64,000 nt of DNA from the human T2T-CHM13v2.0 reference genome, Homo sapiens: assembly GCF_009914755.1 (NCBI RefSeq), contig NC_060926.1; one strand, given 5' to 3'. The notes under the pieces are model-generated. The model was not told where the DNA came from and searched no databases. It saw only the letters and a list, made by a program, of their open reading frames with translations. The stretch's first letter is position 1, and each line of letters starts with the position of its first letter. Shown here piece after piece: positions 45,345 through 61,065 of the stretch. The translations under genes were made by a program, and so were the position numbers.

Positions 45345-45845
45345 TAAGAGAGAAGCTCTGGATCTGAAGTTGGCAGGCCAGGGTAGCAATTTGAGCCAAG
45401 CTCAGCTGGTCTGCTGTGCTAGTCAGGGCCAGACTCAGCTCATCTGGACTGGCCTTGCTCGTTTGTCTGTAGTCAGCTGCCAAGCTAGCTGGGGCTGGTT
45501 GGTCTAGGGCAGTTCATCTGGTGCATGCAGGCTCTGCTCCGTGAGGCCTCTCATCCTCCAGGAGACTAGCTGGGGCTTTTCTCATGGTGGTTGTGGTGGT
45601 GGTGATGGTGGTTGTAGAGCACCAAGACTGAGCAGAAGCTCACAGACTTCTTGAGACCCAGGCTTGGAACTGGAGCATGACTTCCACTGCATCCTGTTGG
45701 CCAAAGCAAGCCACAAGTCCAGCCCAGATATGAAAGGTGGGAAAACAGACTTCCTTTTTGATGAAAAGAGAGCAGAGTCTCCTTGCATATGGCGTTGGCA
45801 CAGGGAGGAAGACCTGGGGTGATTTTTGCAAATCCTCCATCATAG
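45345..45845 (-). mobile_element. Old MaLR LTR (MLT1-type)
   Basis: ctctcatcctccaggagactagctggggctttt...cttccactgcatcctgttggccaaagcaagccacaag resembles MLT1. Confidence 0.6.
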
Positions 45846-48800
45846 TGACGCAAAGACTTACTCCCACAGGCACCTGTGTTTAGACAAATGGGTGGAATCA
45901 GGGCAGGGTGGTGATGGGGAGGTTCTCCTGGCATCTTCTGCTTTCTCTAGCAGCCTCCACTTCTCCCTGGCACATTCAAGAATGAGATCTACATCCTGTC
46001 AAGGGCAGCCCTGATTGCAGAGGAGAATGGAAGTCCCCTTGCTCCCTTGGGGTCATTTCTGGCCCTGGGGGCATTGGGCAGTGAGTGTAAAGGGCCTGAT
46101 CCACACCATGGCCCGCTGGGAAAGGAGACGTGGCCAGCCAGTTCAGTGGTTTCTTGGGCTAGCCTGGAGTCTTTCAATCAGGAACGGATGTCCTCCCAGG
46201 TCTGCTCACCCTGGGGAATCCTATTTGGCACTAGACTTGATTGCAGGCAGATCGAGCCAGATGCCTTTGAAGCTGCTCCCCTTCCCTTTGGGTACCAGCC
46301 CTCCCTCCATATGCTGGCTCAGACCTGCCTCTCAGCCAGCGGTGCCAGGATCAGGGTCCATTGTTTGGGCACAGCTGTTGACAAAGGCCTGACTGTGCTG
46401 GCCACTCTCCCCTGACCCATAGGGGCAAGGGTTTGTGCAGCCCTGGGGCTCCAGAGAAGACTCCCAGGGTGGGTTGAACTTTCTTTATCCTTTCAAACTC
46501 CCTGCCAGGACTTTCCATGCTCTTCAGTAACTGCCTGAAACCTAAAATAAGGACACGACACACATTTTTGTTAAAGAAAAAATAAGCACCCATAATTTGA
46601 CTGGACCCAAACCCATCCATTTGCACAAGTCTCAAGTACAATTTGTAACTCAAGTAAGTAAAATGTGTATCTCAAGGAAGTAATCATCTCTCCTCCTGTA
46701 TATAGGAAAATGTGTTCCTCTCTGGACACCAGAATCTCTCAAAGGAGGCAGCCTCGATGGGAAGTGAGACCCAAGGAACTCAGCGTGGGGCTGGGTGCCT
46801 AAGTACTAAGATTGAGACATGACAGTTGTTCACATCAAAGACCAGAGGCATGGGGGATATTGGTGGTGACTGGGAGGGAACTGGAAAGTCCCCGAGCCAC
46901 CCTTGGCCCCGTTCTTGCCATCTGGTTGGCCACTATCTGAGACGTTTCCCCGTCTGCTGGAGATTAGTTCCCTCTGGACCTTAGATGGAAGGGGAGGGGG
47001 TTATGAGCTCTGGAGCAGCCCTTTCCCATGCTCACCCCATCTCTGAAGGAGGGGCTGGGGTCAGAGAGCAAGACCAGCAACTGGTTGCATTGTCCAGAAA
47101 GCCTCAACTGCCCCTGGGGAGCTGAGAGCATCAGATGACTCCCGGGCTGATTTGAACAAAAACAGAGGACCACTGAGCTCCAAGACAGGGGTCTCTGCTG
47201 TACCAGAAGAAAAAAAAAATGCATCCAGAGAAGCATCAGACTGTAGTGTAAAAACATACAAACATGTTAGTATCTCCTGAACGGGTCAGTATCACCTCAG
47301 TCCTCCTGCAATTTAGGCCTTTTCTCTGATTGCATGACAAAAAGAATCTAACTAGTAAGATAATGTGCTCATTCCACAACTATGTCCTGAGAGGCTAGCA
47401 CAGGAAAAATGCTGTTCTGGGAGGCCTGAGGCAGCGTAGCACGTGGTGAAGACTCCCAGGCCTGGCTTGATCTTGGCTCGGATCCTTCCTGGTTGACTGA
47501 TCTGGGGCAAGTTCCTGCCCCTTGTGAATCAGTTTCTTCCTCTGAACAGTGGAGATAATAGACATTCCCATCTCATGGGGTCATAGTTGAAGAAAATGAA
47601 TAATATTCAAAGACCAGGTCCATAACAAATGCTAAATACGTGACAGGAGAGAGAAAGATGCAGCTGACACAGTCCCCACTGCCACTTAGCTCACCAAGCA
47701 GGAAGAGAAAAACCAGACAAATTAGAAAAGTATCAGAGGGCCAACGATTGCCTAAGCGGGGTGCTGCATTGGAGGGTGGCCACGAGCTACTCCAGGTTAA
47801 GCAAGCAGGTAGGGAACTCTCTAAGGAGGGGACTTCTAAGTCGAAGTGGAAAGACAACTCTAGAGGACTCCACTCTAGAGGACCTGGGGGCAGATTCTCC
47901 AGGCAGAGGGCCCAGCCGGTGCAAAGGCCCCAAGGTGGGTGTAGCCTGGGGAGGTTCATGGTAAGAGGGCCTGGATTCCACTGGCAGAACGGATTCCGCT
48001 GGATTCCGTGGGCAAACGGGAAGGGAAGGGTCAAATGATGGCGGTGTGCCTGAGTACATTGTCAGGGTCCGGGGTCTTGGAGTCTTTATTCTTGGAATAA
48101 CTAACATGAATGGTGATGATGGCTAAATAAAAAGTGGGGTGTGTTTTCTGATTTTCCTACTCTCTCTAGGGGAAAATCCCAAGTGTTTCTGAGTGGGTTG
48201 GCAGTGGTGCAACAGAAATTATCCTCTCCTGTACCACGGCAGTCCTGTCACATCTCCCCTCCCTGCATCCTCACTTGCTTTCGTAAAATCTGTATTTCCC
48301 AAAGACAGAGGTCAGAGGCCAGGCTGCATCACGCCCCTGCCTACATCCCACAAGTCTCCTCGCCGCTGAGAATAAAGGGAAACTCCTCACCATGGAGCTG
48401 ACAGAATGTATTAGTTTTTCATTGCTGCCTTCTTTGATTCCTTTTTATCTACTAAACTTTCTCTCCCTTCTATATTCATATTGTGTTAAATCCCAAAAGG
48501 AAATAGACAAAATGTGCTGCCATTTTTGCTGGTAGGAGGCTCTCAGGTTGTGAGATGTGAGGAGAAGGCTCATATACCCGGCTTGTGTACCTAGGAGGGG
48601 ATTGCAGCTGCTGGATGCCATGTGTGTGGACCCCAAGCTCCTTGCTTGGCTTGGGCATTGGGGACCTCAGAGACTTGCTGAAGATAATACCGAGGCTGTG
48701 AAAGGCACAACCCAATCCACAGGTGCAGATGGCCTCTGGACAAAGGTTAGCTGGGCAGCAAGCAGGTGAAATGGGGAAAGTGAGTTTGGTGGTAAGATGA

Positions 48801-49321
48801 GCAAGAGATTGTCTTTGGCTCATACTGACGCCATTCCTTCACTCCTCATTCACTCGTTCACTCGTTTGTTCATTCAAATGGGCATCTAGTGTACTTTCAA
48901 GGGGATGCTGTGAAGTGAGAGGATGAATGAGGCAGGACTCACGAAGGTTCTCTGTGCACCCCTCTCTAAGGTGAGTCCGGCCATCTTGTCACACCAGCGG
49001 CTGGAGAAGGCACACTGGGTTTTAAATCCTGGATAGGCCACCGTGGCTCAGAGACCTATGCGGCTTCCGCCCCTGCCAAGTGGGTGTTGTAATGGTGCCA
49101 CGTCCTGCGCTGTCATGGGTTCCTGTGTGAAGTGTGGCCGCAGTGCCGGCTCTGGGCACCCGCTGTTTTTGTCATCGCTCCTGTGGCTGTTTTAAAAACC
49201 AGACTGGAATTGCGCATGGAGTGTAAATGTAGAGTTACAGGCAGCCAGCAGGGTTCAAACTCAAAGTACCCTGAGCATCCTGGGGTGCAGAGCCCCAAAG
49301 GGAGGCTCCAGCTGGAGGGCT

Positions 49322-49847
49322 GGGGTGGTTAATTTTATGTGTCAATTTAGTTAAGACATGGTTTCCAGATATTTGCTCAAACACCAGTCCAGATGTTGCT
49401 GAGAAGCGATTGTTTAGATACGACTAGCATTTAAATCAGCAGCCTTTGAGAAAAGCCGATTCGCCTCCTAGTGTGGGTGGCCCTCATGCAAAAGACTGAG
49501 GTCCCCTGAGGAGGGAGTTGGGCCTCCACACTGCCTTCTGCCTTTGACCTTGAGCTGCAGCATCACCTGCAACTGGCCCTGGGTCTCCAGCCTGCTCCTG
49601 CCCTGCGGAGGTTGGACTTGCCAGCCCCCATAACTGCTCGACAGTTCCTTAAAATTCCTTAAAATTGGACTTGCCAGCCCCCACAACTGCGTGACAATCC
49701 CTTAAAATCTCTCTTTCTCTCTCCATATATTAATAAGTATGTTATATATTACAATATTACATATGTATACGTATGCATGTGTGTGTATATATAATATATA
49801 TCTCTTTCTTATTGCTTCTGTTTCTGTAGAGAGTTCTGACTAATCCA
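49322..49847 (+). mobile_element. ERVL LTR (MLT2-type)
   Basis: ggttaattttatgtgtcaa...ggacttgccagcccccacaa...ttctgtttctgtagagagttctgactaat. Confidence 0.8.
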
Positions 49848-52800
49848 AAGGCCTCAGGCAACTCCCCAAGTGAAATTCTCTCACTTCCTCCAGAAGCACC
49901 CACTTTCTCTCCTCATATATGTGGGTGCTGAGCAGAGGTCTCTGGCATGAAGAGTAGTCGAGGATTTATAACCCGCCTCTGGCTCAGTTGAAAAATAAAA
50001 ATAAGTTCTGTAGAGAGCACATTCACGAATTCGACATGACTCAGACGCTGAAGACTCCGAGCCTTGGCCAGCAGGCTCACATTTGGTAAGTTGCTCGGTC
50101 CTTTCAGAGACCTAAGGCATCAAAACATCTGTGTTCCCATTAACAAAATGCTGACGTGACGCATAGCTGTGGCTTGGGAGAAACCAGCGTGGGAGACGGC
50201 CCCTCCAAGTCTAGGGGTCATCCGTGGCCATCGGAGGTCTTGGAGCTCTATTGTCACCAAAGAGGCTCTCAAAAGGTGTCACTGTACCAAGACTGTCACT
50301 GTGAGGAAGACCATCGAGCCAGGTTACAGGAGAACAGAAGCCCCAGGGACCAGTCCCCATGTTTCCGTACATACTCCTGAAGCTTCTCTGTACCCTCTGT
50401 TGCCTTCAGAGCAGGTTCGGAGTGAGCCCAAACAGCATGGGGGCCTGGATGGGATGAGAGGGGTCAGGCCTGCTGGCAGGGGACCGGGTGAGCCGGGGGA
50501 CACACACCCATCTTTGGCTGTGTCCACCCTTGGACCAGGAGGTAGGGTCTGGGGGTACGAAATGTCTCTGGAGGCCCAGCCATCCTGCAAGTGGTAGTTG
50601 GTTCTCAGAGGAAGGGAGCCTGGTGATCTCTGAGGAATCTTCCGTGGACCCGCCGGAGTAAACACTGTGCGAGAAGGGGCTGGAGGGGAGATGGACAAGA
50701 ATTCCCGGAGAAGGGCAGGGGTGGATGGAGCGTTCCATGGGCCTTCTTGCTTCCAAGAGCCTTAAAACCAGCTCCTCCCCTCGCCCAGCTCTCAGCACTG
50801 GTCTGCGTCTTCCAGAACCATCCATGCCACCTCTACTCCAGCTTGGAAAAACCTGGATGGGGTGACATCTGTTGTTCCTTCTCTAACTGGTTCTCTGCAA
50901 ACATTGCCATTGGTGTCAAGTTAGATGAAGTACTCACCCCTTTAAAGAGTTTCATAACAGAAACGGTAAACCTTGATATTTTTCTACTCAAAGATGGAAG
51001 GTTTCACTGCATGTCTCCTCTTAGTTCCATTTCAAAGAAGTTATTAATTCAAAGAAATGGAAACTATTCGTCATTATTTATTGTCAATGACATAAGTTGG
51101 GCCACGACTGGTTTTGAAGGGATGAAAATTTATACCATTTGAGGGGATCTCTCTAAGAAAAAGATTTAAAACGGGGCGCCTCAAGAGCCCTGGAAGAGGC
51201 CTGGGAAAGTGAGGACCCAGACATGGCAGCTTCCTCAGCTTCGAGGGGACGGCCTCTGGAACACGCTCTGTCCTTCCTGGTGTGCAGGGGCCTCCCCTTG
51301 CTGCCCTGTCTGGATCTGACCTTCACCCACTCCCACCTTGGAGAGTGGGAGGTCAGCTTCGAGGGCTGTGCGGAGCCTGGGGTTGCTTTTCACTGTTGGG
51401 ACCTGGAACCCTGAGATGGGAAAGCCTCACCCAAAAGCCAGCCCTTCACTGAGCAGCAGGTGGACAGCCCTTGAGGGTCCGGCCGGCTTCCTGTCCATCC
51501 CATAGCCCCTCACAGCACCCTTGGCCTGACCTCAGCAAGGACCACATGTGCATGGAAGGAAATGGCCTGCTTCCATGCATGGCTCAGAGCAGGGGAGGGT
51601 GGTGGGTTTGGGAGGGGAATGGCAGACAACTGTGGCTGTGGGCAAGGAGCCCCCTGCCCAGACTGAAAAGAGTGCATTGAGGAATGAGAATTGAGACTCA
51701 GAGACAGGCCGGTTGCTCTGCTCGTTAACATGAAAATGATGCCACAGCCAGTGTTGAGGGGAAAGAGCTGACATAGAGCCTGCATCCTGTGGGGCTGCAT
51801 GGTGACGTCTGTGCAAGGGAGCACCTGTGTCTAACCCAAGACTTGAAACCCAACGAAAAGTTAACAGTGGTTGTCTCTGGTTGTGGGACTTGTTCTTTGT
51901 TTGAATGCATTTTTCTGTATTTTGAATTGTTTTGCAGAGATTATGCTTTCTTTTTATGATCAAGCAAAATGATAAAGCTTTCTCAGCTTGGAAAAAGGGG
52001 GCACTGGGGTCTCAGGCCCCTCACATGACCTCATTTGTCCCCATAATGTGGGTCTCATGGGTGCATGTCTTGGTATGTAAGGATTCCAGCTTCATCATCT
52101 AGCTTTGCAAAGGAGCTCGGTGATGCCTGTGCCTATACCAACTCAGGTGACAGATGAGCATGGCATCCAGGACCTGCCCTGTTAGGAGCAGCTGCAGCTC
52201 AGACCCTCAAACCTCATGTCAAAGGCACGGATACTCTCTGCTTCTCGGGCTCCCTGGCCCCAGCCCCGGCATGCTGGCTTGCCGAGAGCAGCAAGATGCT
52301 TCCTTGTACCACGCTCTGTTTCATCAGCCTCACCCCAGAGAGGTTGGAGGCTGGGATGGGCCACAGCCTCCTCACCTTCCCTCGGCAAGTCAGCCTGGAG
52401 CCTTCCTGTCTCCCTCCCCGCCTGGGACGGAGATGCAGCCTTGGTTTGCTTGGTCTTGAAGATGTTTAAGGTTTTTCCGTGGTAACTGGCAAGCTGGGCA
52501 CATCTCACCCTCAATGAGCACCGGGGAGAAAGCAGCTGGCGCCTGTTGCCCACGGAGCAGGAAGTGGCACCGGAAGCAGAGGGCAGTTGTGCCTGGAGCC
52601 AGCAGCACTGGGGTTAGAAATACTTGGCTGCCCAGCGGCCAAGTAGAAGACAAGACCCTGTCCCTCCACACACACTCCCCTGCTTCCTTTACTTCCTGGA
52701 GCCCCAGGCCATCACCCCAGGTTCCTGGCAGTATGCTTGCCCTTCCCAGCGCAGCCTTTGGCACAGATTTCTCCCGGCTTCAAAACTGAGCCCTCCATGT

Positions 52801-53913
52801 ACCCGGGGCAGCTGCGGCTCCGCGAACCCACTTTCAGCTGTCAGGGCCTGGCCAGCTCGTAGCGCAGGAGGCAGCTGTTCGCCTGGCTGGATGTGGGCAA
52901 GGACGTCTCCTCCACCTTCCCTTCACGCTTCCTGCCCCCGCTGCCCAGGTGCCCAACCTGAACTTTGCACGGGAGTGAGAAATCTACTGTGGGGCATTTG
53001 GGCTCAGTCCTATCAATCCCTAGTGCAAATTCATCAATAAGATCATTCACCACACAGGAGCCTGTGAGAACAAAGGAGGCAGTCCATTGGGGTGGCCGGC
53101 GGGGCTGGGTGGGAGTCAGACTTCCTGGCCTGGCTCTACTGCTCCTAAGCCCCATGATTTGGGGGAAGGTGTTTGACTTTCAGCCTCCATATCTTTCTCT
53201 ATGAAATGGAGACAAGCCCCGTTTCTCCACGGGGTTGCTGCCGGCCAGTAGCTGAACTATTCTTTGTTACAGCGAAGAAGCTCTTTGTAGACTGAAGTAC
53301 ACAAATGCAATTGACATATAAACCATGAAGTCATCTATAAAAGCAGAGCCCCCCTTTTTTAAGGAAGGGGACGTGGGTGTGGGAAATCAGGTTTGGGTGG
53401 CAGGGCTGCACGGTGCTGGGCAGGTACGGGGTTGCAGGAGGTCGCTCCTGAGTGCCCCAGGACCTGCGTGGGAGGGACCACAACGTGGGAGGAGGAAGGA
53501 AAACAAACCAAACTTCTCTTCCGAGCAATTGCGTTTGGGGCTGTGCCTGGTCAGGCCCTGGGTATGGTGGAGGCCCAGGAGCCCCCGGGATTAACGAATT
53601 CCAGGGGCAACTGGGGATTCAACTGTGTCAAAAGCATCCATTCAGTCTGGCCAGTGAGTCATCTGTTTGGTGAAATCTCCACGGTGCAGAGGCCTGGCAG
53701 CCTCCCTGGGAGAGCGGCAGTGGCTCCATTCCCACCGCGGTGGTGGTGGTGGTTGTGGTTGTGGTGCTTCGTTGGTGAGGCTGGAAGCCACCCTGGCTGT
53801 GGGGGCCACACACCTCCCTGCCACTTTACTGTTCCACTGTATTTTAGAGAGTTTTTTTGAATTATAAAACCAATACTCAGTAGAAAAAAAATTAAGTAGA
53901 AAAAATAAAATTA

Positions 53914-54222
<309 letters not shown>

Positions 54223-54459
54223 AACATAATCCATAAGCCTATCCCTAAAGATAACCATCATCGTCTTGATGTGTCTCCTGTCTCCTGTGCAGGCAGCAGA
54301 GTCCAGGCTGTGCTGTTGTAACACACAGCCCCCAGTGAATGTGAATGGCCTTAGTAGAGACCTGCTTGCTCCACAAGGCCGAGGTCCCATCCCTCCCCAC
54401 TTGATTCACCCCTCCTTTACTATTTTTCATGTCCTGGCTCTTTTTCTTAATTAGGTAAT

Positions 54460-55024
54460 TAATTTTTTTGAGGCAGGGTCTCACTCTGTCACCAAAGCTG
54501 AGTACAGTTGTGCAATCATGACTCACTGCAGCCTCAACCTCCCAGGCTCAAGTGATCTTCCTGCCTACAGGCGAGCACCACCATGCCCAGCTAATTTTTT
54601 ATTTTTTGTAGAGACAGGGTCTCAGTCTGTTGCCCAGGGTGGTCTTGAACTCCTGGATGCAAGTGATCCCAAAGTGCTAGGATTACAGGCGTGAGCCACC
54701 GCACCCAGCCTGTCCTGGTTCTTTGGTTCTTTTTTTTTTTTTTGAGACGGAGTCTCGCTGTCGCCCAGGTTGGAGTGCAGTGGCGCGATCTCGGCTCACT
54801 GCAGGCTCTGCCCCCCGGGGTTCACGCCATTCTCCTGCCTCAGCCTCCTGAGTAGGTGGGACTACAGGCACCCGCCACCTCACCCGGATAATTTTTTGTA
54901 TTTTTAGTAGAGATGGGGTTTCACCGTGTTAGCCAGGATGGTCTCGATCTCCTGACCTTGTGATCCGCCCGCCTCGGCCTCCCAAAGTGCTGGGATTACA
55001 GGCGTGAGCCACCGTGCCCAGCCT
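54460..55024 (-). mobile_element. Internally deleted AluJ (54460-54710) followed by a younger AluY of probable Ye lineage (54728-55024), both antisense
   Basis: The second element reads gaaccccggggggcagagcctgcag and gcgacagcgagac on its own strand (AluYe5-like as recalled); TSD tgtcctggttctt. Confidence 0.8.
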
Positions 55025-55064
55025 GTCCTGGTTCTTAAAGGCAGTTGAGATTGGAAATATTTAG

Positions 55065-55777
<713 letters not shown>

Positions 55778-56391
55778 TCACCAGAAACTAACACTGCCGA
55801 TGCCTTGATCTTGGACTTCTAGCCCCGGAACTGTGAGGAAATAAGTTTCTGTTGTTTGAACAAGCAAACAAAAAGTATGATGCTTGATGCTGCTTTAAGT
55901 TAGGTAGCCTTTATCATGATAAGCATGATCCTCCATTTTCTGCCTTTCTATGGCTTAAAAAAAAAATCATCAGAACTGAACATTGACTTTTATTGAATGC
56001 CTCTTTAACTCTAGTGAGTTTTTTTTTTTCTTATTTCCCATGTTATATGTCTTTAAAGAATAGGAACCATTGGGCATTCCTGTTTTGCCTGTTTTACATG
56101 TATTATTGGCCCTTTGCTTTTAAAAATGTCTAAGAGTGACAGAAAGAAAATGTTTGCCAAGGCCCAGGGTTTTCAGAGCATTAACTTAGAGTGAAGAATT
56201 AGAGAGAATCTCTCAGAGTGGCAGCGTGGTGATTATAAGGCTCTTTGGGTTCAAATAACTGTTCATCCACCCGGTCATTTAGAGTCATCCGTCCTGCCTG
56301 CATTTTGTTTTTGTCAAGGGGTGAACTGGGGCTACCATGCATGTACTTGGGGCTGTCCAGCGGCAGGTCACTTTTACGTTGCGTTGAGTGA

Positions 56392-57116
<725 letters not shown>

Positions 57117-57455
57117 AATCTGTGGCCCATTTGTAAGCCTGGTTGGTGGCAGTGGGGGTGGGGGGAGCACATTAGAAAGGCAGCTGCCCCCTTTCTTCTC
57201 CCTCAGCCTCAATGTCACCCCTTTTCTTCTTCAGCCTTTTCATTCTGGCCTTAACAACTATCACGTCTTCATACGGACCAAACTGTTGCAAGGCGCCACT
57301 TTTAGATCACGCACTGCTTTTCCCTTCCCCGTCCACAAGTTGGATCCAGTTTTGGTTTTGTTTTCATTTTTGATTTTACTTTAAGATAATTTTTTAGAGC
57401 AGTTTTAAGTTCATAGCAGAGTTGAGTGGAAAGCACTGCGTTCCTCCACACCCTC

Positions 57456-57682
57456 TGTGCGTGCACACACACGCGCACGCACACGCACACGCAGACGCAC
57501 GCACACGCACACACGCACGCACACACACAAGCACGCGCACACGCACGCACACGCACACACGCGCACGCACACACGCACGCACACGCAGACGCACACGCAC
57601 GCACACGCACACACGCACGCACACACACGCACACACAAGCACGCATACACGCACGCACACGCGCACACACACACACACACAC
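57456..57682 (+). repeat. (CA/CG)n alternating purine-pyrimidine compound microsatellite
   Basis: cacgcacacgcacac... runs ending in (CA)n. Confidence 0.93.
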
Positions 57683-58844
57683 TCAGCCCGAGCCAGTGCA
57701 ATACACTGGTTCCAGTCCATGACCAAGGTTGGCTCCAGTGCTTCAGGCGTGAAAGTGCACCCTCCAGGGAGTCCCCGTTAGTACCAGGACGGTTGGGAGG
57801 GAAGGGCTGCTGAGGACAAGTTCCACTTGTCTGATGAGGCTACAGCCGACACCCCAGACTCCCTCCCATGAGGGCAGGACTCTGACAGACACAAGGGCAC
57901 TTTTTCATGCTTGCCCTGTAACAGCTTTCACACCGCCAAGACCCAGAGATGGGCGGCTGGTTTTCCTCCGGTGTCTTAGGGTGCTGGGGGACAGGGGCCA
58001 GTCATCATGTTCATTCAAAGTCAGGAGCCTGTGGAATATCTGACATCATTTACTCACTGCAGACACATTTATCAAGGGCTGTCTTTGTTGAGTGAGTTGA
58101 AGTTTCCTGGGGAAGGCGTTGGATTTCCTACCTTCTCGGAGATGATGGTGGCAAATCCAGCTCTCAACGGCACTGAGTCCGTTCCTGTTTTCCTTGGCTC
58201 CACAGCTGCAGAAATAACCACCAGCCAAGCCTCACACTTTCCAAGGCACTGTGAGGCCCAAGCCCTCACTGGGGCTCCACACACCCCAACTCCATGGTGC
58301 AGGCAGGGTGTCTTTCCTTCCTGCCTCAGATGGGGAAACTGAGGCCAAGACAAGTAAGTTAGCGGTCAAGGCCTGACTCCACAAAGCCTTCCTTGTTTTC
58401 ATGGGGTCAGAGCTGCCTGCGGTCCCTGGGAGTTTCAGTGGAGCCCACAGGGAATGTTATACAATTCCCCTGCCCATGTGAGAGGGCCCTGCCCATGTGA
58501 GAGGGCCCTGCCCGCTAGACAGATAGAAAGGCAGTTATTATTACATTATTCATCCTCCTTCCCAAGATTCAGGGGCTTTCATCTCTGAAATGTACAACAT
58601 TTTTTAAAGTGCCAAATTCTCTTTTTAAAAAATCGCCATCATGTATTGTATTTCTAAGTGTGTGGGGGACCCCGTGCTGGGTACTTTATGCGTGCAGAGG
58701 CTGATCCTGTGACAGCCCTGCAGAGGACAGGCAGCTGTCAGGATCCCTTTTCAGGGTGTGGTGGGGGTTGGGCCCGCACCTGGAGGAAAGCCAGACACCT
58801 GCCCAGATCAAATGGCACATAGTGGGAAAACTACCTTATTGCTT

Positions 58845-59123
58845 TTTAAAAGAGAGACAAGGTCTCGCTCTGTCACCCAGGCTGGAGAGCAGTGGAGTGA
58901 TCCTAGTTCACTGCAGCCTCCCAGGCTCAAGCGATCCTCTCACCTCAGCCTCCTAGGTAGCTAGGATTACAGGTGCACACCACTGCACCTGATTTTGAAA
59001 ATTTTGTAAAGATGGGGTCTCACTATGTTGCCCAAGCTGATCTTGAACTCCCAGGCTCAAGCGATCCTCCAGCCTCAGCTTCGCAAAGTGCTGGGATTAC
59101 AGGCGGGTGCTCCTGTGCCAGGC
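58845..59123 (-). mobile_element. AluJ-type, antisense
   Basis: Reverse Alu with ggctcaagcgatcctc in both arms. Confidence 0.85.
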
Positions 59124-60629
59124 CTGTTTTGCCTTTTTTTTTTTTTTTTAAGGGAATTTGCTGGGAGTCAGGAAGAATAATTTCCAGTTCTGGAGAATTC
59201 TTGGTCTTCCTCTCTGGCTTCCATATGAAGTACCTCCCTCCTGTTTCCTGGGTGCATCATCACAACCCATCAGCTTCAGGGTTCATCCAGAGCAGCCTCA
59301 GCGGATTCATGTCCCCATGTTGCTGAGACTGCTTAACTGTGGGTCTCACTCCTTACATGCTAACTTCACCTCGGAAGGCGCAGGGAGCTTCGCTGTGGCT
59401 CTGCACACTCAGTAGGATGTGCTTCTCGCCAACAGAATCAACCAAAGGACACGTTCCCCTTCTGTCACTAGAGAAGGGCCTTCAGCTCCCATTTGGGATG
59501 TGACTACAAATTGATTTTTAATTAATTTGTATCCATTAATCCACTCCATTCACATTTATTAAGCATCTATTAAGTGCCAGATACTGTTCAATCTATTCAG
59601 GTATGGTGTATTTGTGAGTTGCAGGTAGTTTTCTTTTGTCGAGGTTTTTAAAGATTTTTCATCCCCAAAGAGACCCTACTATTTTCCCCCAATGCATTTT
59701 AAAACTCTTTAACGCAATAAAGTACTAGATGTAAAAAAAAAGAACTATAAAGTAATTTATTTCAGAGGCTGAGGCAGAACCCCGGGAGCAGCCGAGTCCT
59801 GGGATGTGAGCTCTCACTCGCTTGCTACTCACAAGGTTATTACCACTGGGGGCCAACTTGGAGCTTTACTCAAGGAAGGCGATGCAGCAATGGGCAGATA
59901 TTCCCCAATCACCAAAGGCCACCGAGCATCCTCGGAGGGTCCGGCACCTCCCTCCGCCCCAGCTCAGGCTGCCACGGCTGCTCCTCAAAGAACCCTAGGT
60001 TGTGTCCGGCCCAGGTGGGATTTTGGGCAGGGCTACACCATCCTGCCAGCTGCACTCCTGGACAGGGAGGCCCATCACGCTCCTTAATGGCCTCTGGTCC
60101 AGGACACCCCTGATCAGTGCATCCTCATGGGGGATGCTCAGTGACTCTGTCACTTGCTTTGACCTGCACAGTTGAAGCAACAGTTCTGTTTGTGCCTGTT
60201 TAAAATATGAACATGGCAAATGACACTTGGAATTTACCTTAAATGCATTTTAGAAGTGGCTCTGAATTTCCATCTAAACTGAATCCAAATCCAAGCCATT
60301 CTAACTTTGGGCATTCCCTCGTCGCCCATGCGTGATGCTCTGTTGCAAAAAGAAGAGGAACAGGCTAGCTTCACCCCGTCTCTCTCCAACCACATCAGTC
60401 CTTCGGGAAATCTTCACAGAGCAGCCAGGATTCGAACCATGTCCCTCATGCTCAGCTACTACCCTGGCCTGAGCTTCCCTCCCCTTCCTCTTGTACGGGC
60501 ACTTCACAATCAAACCGCAGCAGGAGTGCTGCTGAGAGAGACCTCCAGAGGCCCGGTCTCACACGGAGAACAAGTTGCATGGCCTTTTTGTTTTCTTTCC
60601 AATGCCCCGTGTAACTCTGAGCTGTCTTG

Positions 60630-61060
60630 ATCCTGTTGCCTGACTCATGTCTAACTACTTTCCACCTCGTCCACTCTATTCCAGTCCTGTTGCCTCCTTG
60701 ACATTCCTCAGACCTGCCAGGCACATCCCCACCTCAGGATGTTTGACCAGCTGTCCCTCTGCCCTCCCCAGACATCTGTCTGGCTGTGCCTTCACCTTCA
60801 ACTCGTTCTGGTGAGGCCTGCCCTGACCACTGTATTCAAAATGATGCCCTCTCTCCAGCATCTCCAGCATCATTCCCTGCTTTCATTTTCTACATGGCCC
60901 CACACTTCGCCATTGCTTATTATCTCCCCTGCTAGATGGTGGGCTTCCTGAGGGTTGGGTTTTGTCTATTTTGTTCATGGATATAGCCCAAGTCCCTAAT
61001 ATAGTGCCTGCCTAAGTCCCTAATATAATGCCTGGCACATAGTAAAGATGCAATAAATAA
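60630..61060 (+). mobile_element. L2 3' end
   Basis: Ends tgcctggcacatagt...caataaata, typical of the L2 terminus. Confidence 0.75.
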
Positions 61061-61065
61061 GGCTC

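Noticed and set aside
47970-48012. Three GGATTCC motifs within ~40 bp
   Set aside because: Cannot be assigned to a known factor or structure; could be chance or micro-duplication
57302-57813. Cys/Val- and His/Thr-rich ORFs (also 39462-39974)
   Set aside because: Translations of CA/TG microsatellites
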